Of a stretch of DNA of 40,488 nt, positions 38,979-40,488 are shown in pieces. Below the pieces are notes generated by a model. It ran no database searches, had not been told where the DNA came from, and worked only from the letters and a program-made list of their open reading frames with translations. A program made the translations under genes and the position numbers. How positions within the stretch are numbered: position 1 is the first letter of the stretch; every line of letters starts with the position of its first letter. The stretch is from Basidiobolus meristosporus CBS 931.73 (taxonomy: Eukaryota; Fungi; Basidiobolomycota), in contig MCFE01000742.1 of NCBI GenBank assembly GCA_002104905.1, forward strand, positions 1-40,488, in the 5' to 3' direction.

Positions 38979-39987
38979 TTAGGGGGGGAGACAGTCACCA
39001 ACAGGTGAAATCTTTATTTCAGTTGAAACAAAGAAGCCAGTGCTACTGTTGTAGCTTTTATACAAGAGTGTGTAGCTGAGGGGAATTTGTAGGTAAGTTA
39101 AAAGAAGTGATGATAGTTCTACAGTGCTCAAGACACTGTTCAGTTGGAAGGGGGGTAGCAAGAGAGGTAAGAATGACTTGTGAACAACATTAATGAAGGG
39201 AATGTAATAAGGATTGATATTCATCATAAAGGGAGTGTGCTGCTGCAGATATTGCTGCCAAAGGTCTGTCAAGTACTTTAGGTAGGCCAGCTAGGGTTTT
39301 TCTGACTGCAGAATAAATTCAGCAAACTTCTTGACTTCAGGATCTCCAAGTATAGTTCTCCAGCAGGAGCCAGGTGTTGTGTGGTGTGTTCTCTTCCAGG
39401 CCTTAATCAGTGGGTTGTTGCAGTTGTGAAGTCTGAGGTATAACCTGGTTCTAAGGTAGAGAAGTCTGATCCTATAGGGCATAAACCCAAAAGCACCAAG
39501 AATAGCATGTCTGTAGGGGCATTCAGGCAAATGAGGCACCAAGGAGGTAATGCACCATACTGCAAACTTGTCAAGCTTAGTGCATTCTCTAGAAGTAAGA
39601 GAGAGAAGTGGTAAGCCAAATTCCAGGACAGGGAAGACAAACTGCTTGAGTAGAAGGAGGCAGCAGGGAGTTGAAGTTGTAGGAGGAGTAACAGCCAGTA
39701 GCTTGTGGAGTGCCTTTCTTGCCAGGATAATTCTCTTCTTCAGGTGTGCTCCAGAGTCTAGTCCAGTAGGAAGGAAAGGAAAGCCAAGATATGTAGCAGA
39801 AACCTGAGCAGGTAGAGTGGAGTTCTCCAAGTTGATGGGGGAGCCCAAAGGTACTGTCTTTGCAATAGAAAGCTGAAGATTATTCTTCTGCAGATACTGG
39901 TGGATGGTCTGGGAGTCTTGTTGCACATTGGAGGAGGATATTCTGATGTCATCAGCAAAGAGAGTAACCAGGCAGTCAGCTGAGAGT
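38979..39987 (-). mobile_element. 3' half of a non-LTR (LINE) retrotransposon ORF2 (unit A): RT catalytic motif and thumb
   Basis: LSADCLVTLFADDIRI (FADD at 39959-39948), LQLSIAKT, SATYLGFPF, QFVFPVLEFG. An in-frame TAG at 39293-39291 is followed by a continued open frame to 38979. Shared 3' tail 38979-39040. Confidence 0.9.
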
Positions 39988-40222
39988 TGTTGTGTTGTAT
40001 TATGATTAGTTTGGGGCTTGTTCTACAATGTAGAGGCTAATCAACAATATACAACAACTTCCAGTATGCTAATACTGAAATAGCTTATTGGGAGTTTGAT
40101 ATACCAATAGGAGATATAACTTTCACTAATTTGCTCAATCTTGGGCTCAAAATATACTGTAGGCAGTGTTTATCACTTCTACAGCAGTGTTCTGACCTTC
40201 TGTCAACTAATGGGCTTATTTA
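39988..40222 (-). repeat. Terminal 235 bp of the same Gypsy LTR family, inverted, truncated by the telomere
   Basis: Reverse complement of approximately 7609-7843 (AAATAAGCCCATTAGT...ATAATACAACACAACA) with a few substitutions, including two lost CpGs. Confidence 0.95.
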
Positions 40223-40488
40223 GGGTTAGGGTTAGGGTAGGGTAGGGTTAGGGTTAGGGTTAGGGTTAGGGTTAGGGTTAGGGTTAGGGTTAGGGTTAGG
40301 GTTAGGGTTAGGGTTAGGGTTAGGGTTAGGGTTAGGGTTAGGGTTAGGGTTAGGGTTAGGGTTAGGGTTAGGGTTAGGGTTAGGGTTAGGGTTAGGGTTA
40401 GGGTTAGGGTTAGGGTTAGGTTAGGGTTAGGGTTAGGGTTAGGGTTAGGGTTAGGGTTAGGGTTAGGGTTAGGGTTAGGGTTAGGGTT
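40220..40488 (+). repeat. Telomere (TTAGGG)n, ~269 bp, running to the window end
   Basis: About 45 TTAGGG units; variant units TAGGG x2 at 40238-40247 and TTAGG at 40416-40420. Confidence 0.99.

Noticed and set aside
38979-39987. Penelope-like (Athena/Coprina) identity for the telomeric retroelements
   Set aside because: Position and polarity fit, but the post-FADD motifs (L-x-L-S-x-x-KT, YLG, P-x-LE-F/Y-G) are LINE-type; no pseudo-LTR or hammerhead was recognised. An RT phylogeny would settle it.

Overview
Right-hand end of a fungal chromosome. TTAGGG telomere, short GT-AG introns with CTAAC branch points and gene content fit a fungus, plausibly early-diverging (inference). Left to right: (1) a 7.5-kb Ty3/Gypsy LTR retrotransposon with ~1.2-kb LTRs, disabled by 2 frameshifts and 2 in-frame TGA stops; (2) CpG-poor degenerate repeat DNA; (3) a sphingolipid C9-methyltransferase gene and a 7-exon carnitine acetyltransferase ending in PTS1 (AKL); (4) three tandem, near-identical secreted chitin deacetylase genes (2 x CBM18 + CE4) separated by unrelated spacers; (5) a 3-exon mitochondrial Tim44-like gene and an unknown, very hydrophobic protein with eight exact 19-aa repeats; (6) a terminal 3-kb head-to-tail array of four 5'-truncated LINE-like units, all with 3' ends pointing inward. 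Two units encode RT and two encode ORF1 only. All four share a ~60-80 bp 3' tail with AATAAA and a conserved hairpin, and each ends on a TTAGGG-like junction; (7) a fragment of the same Gypsy LTR inserted in the distal LINE RT and cut off by telomere repeats at a TTA microhomology. The most interesting system is the polarised telomeric LINE array with an apparent ORF1-only partner (HeT-A/TART-like or MoTeR-like logic). All calls come from reading and manual translation; no database search was run.
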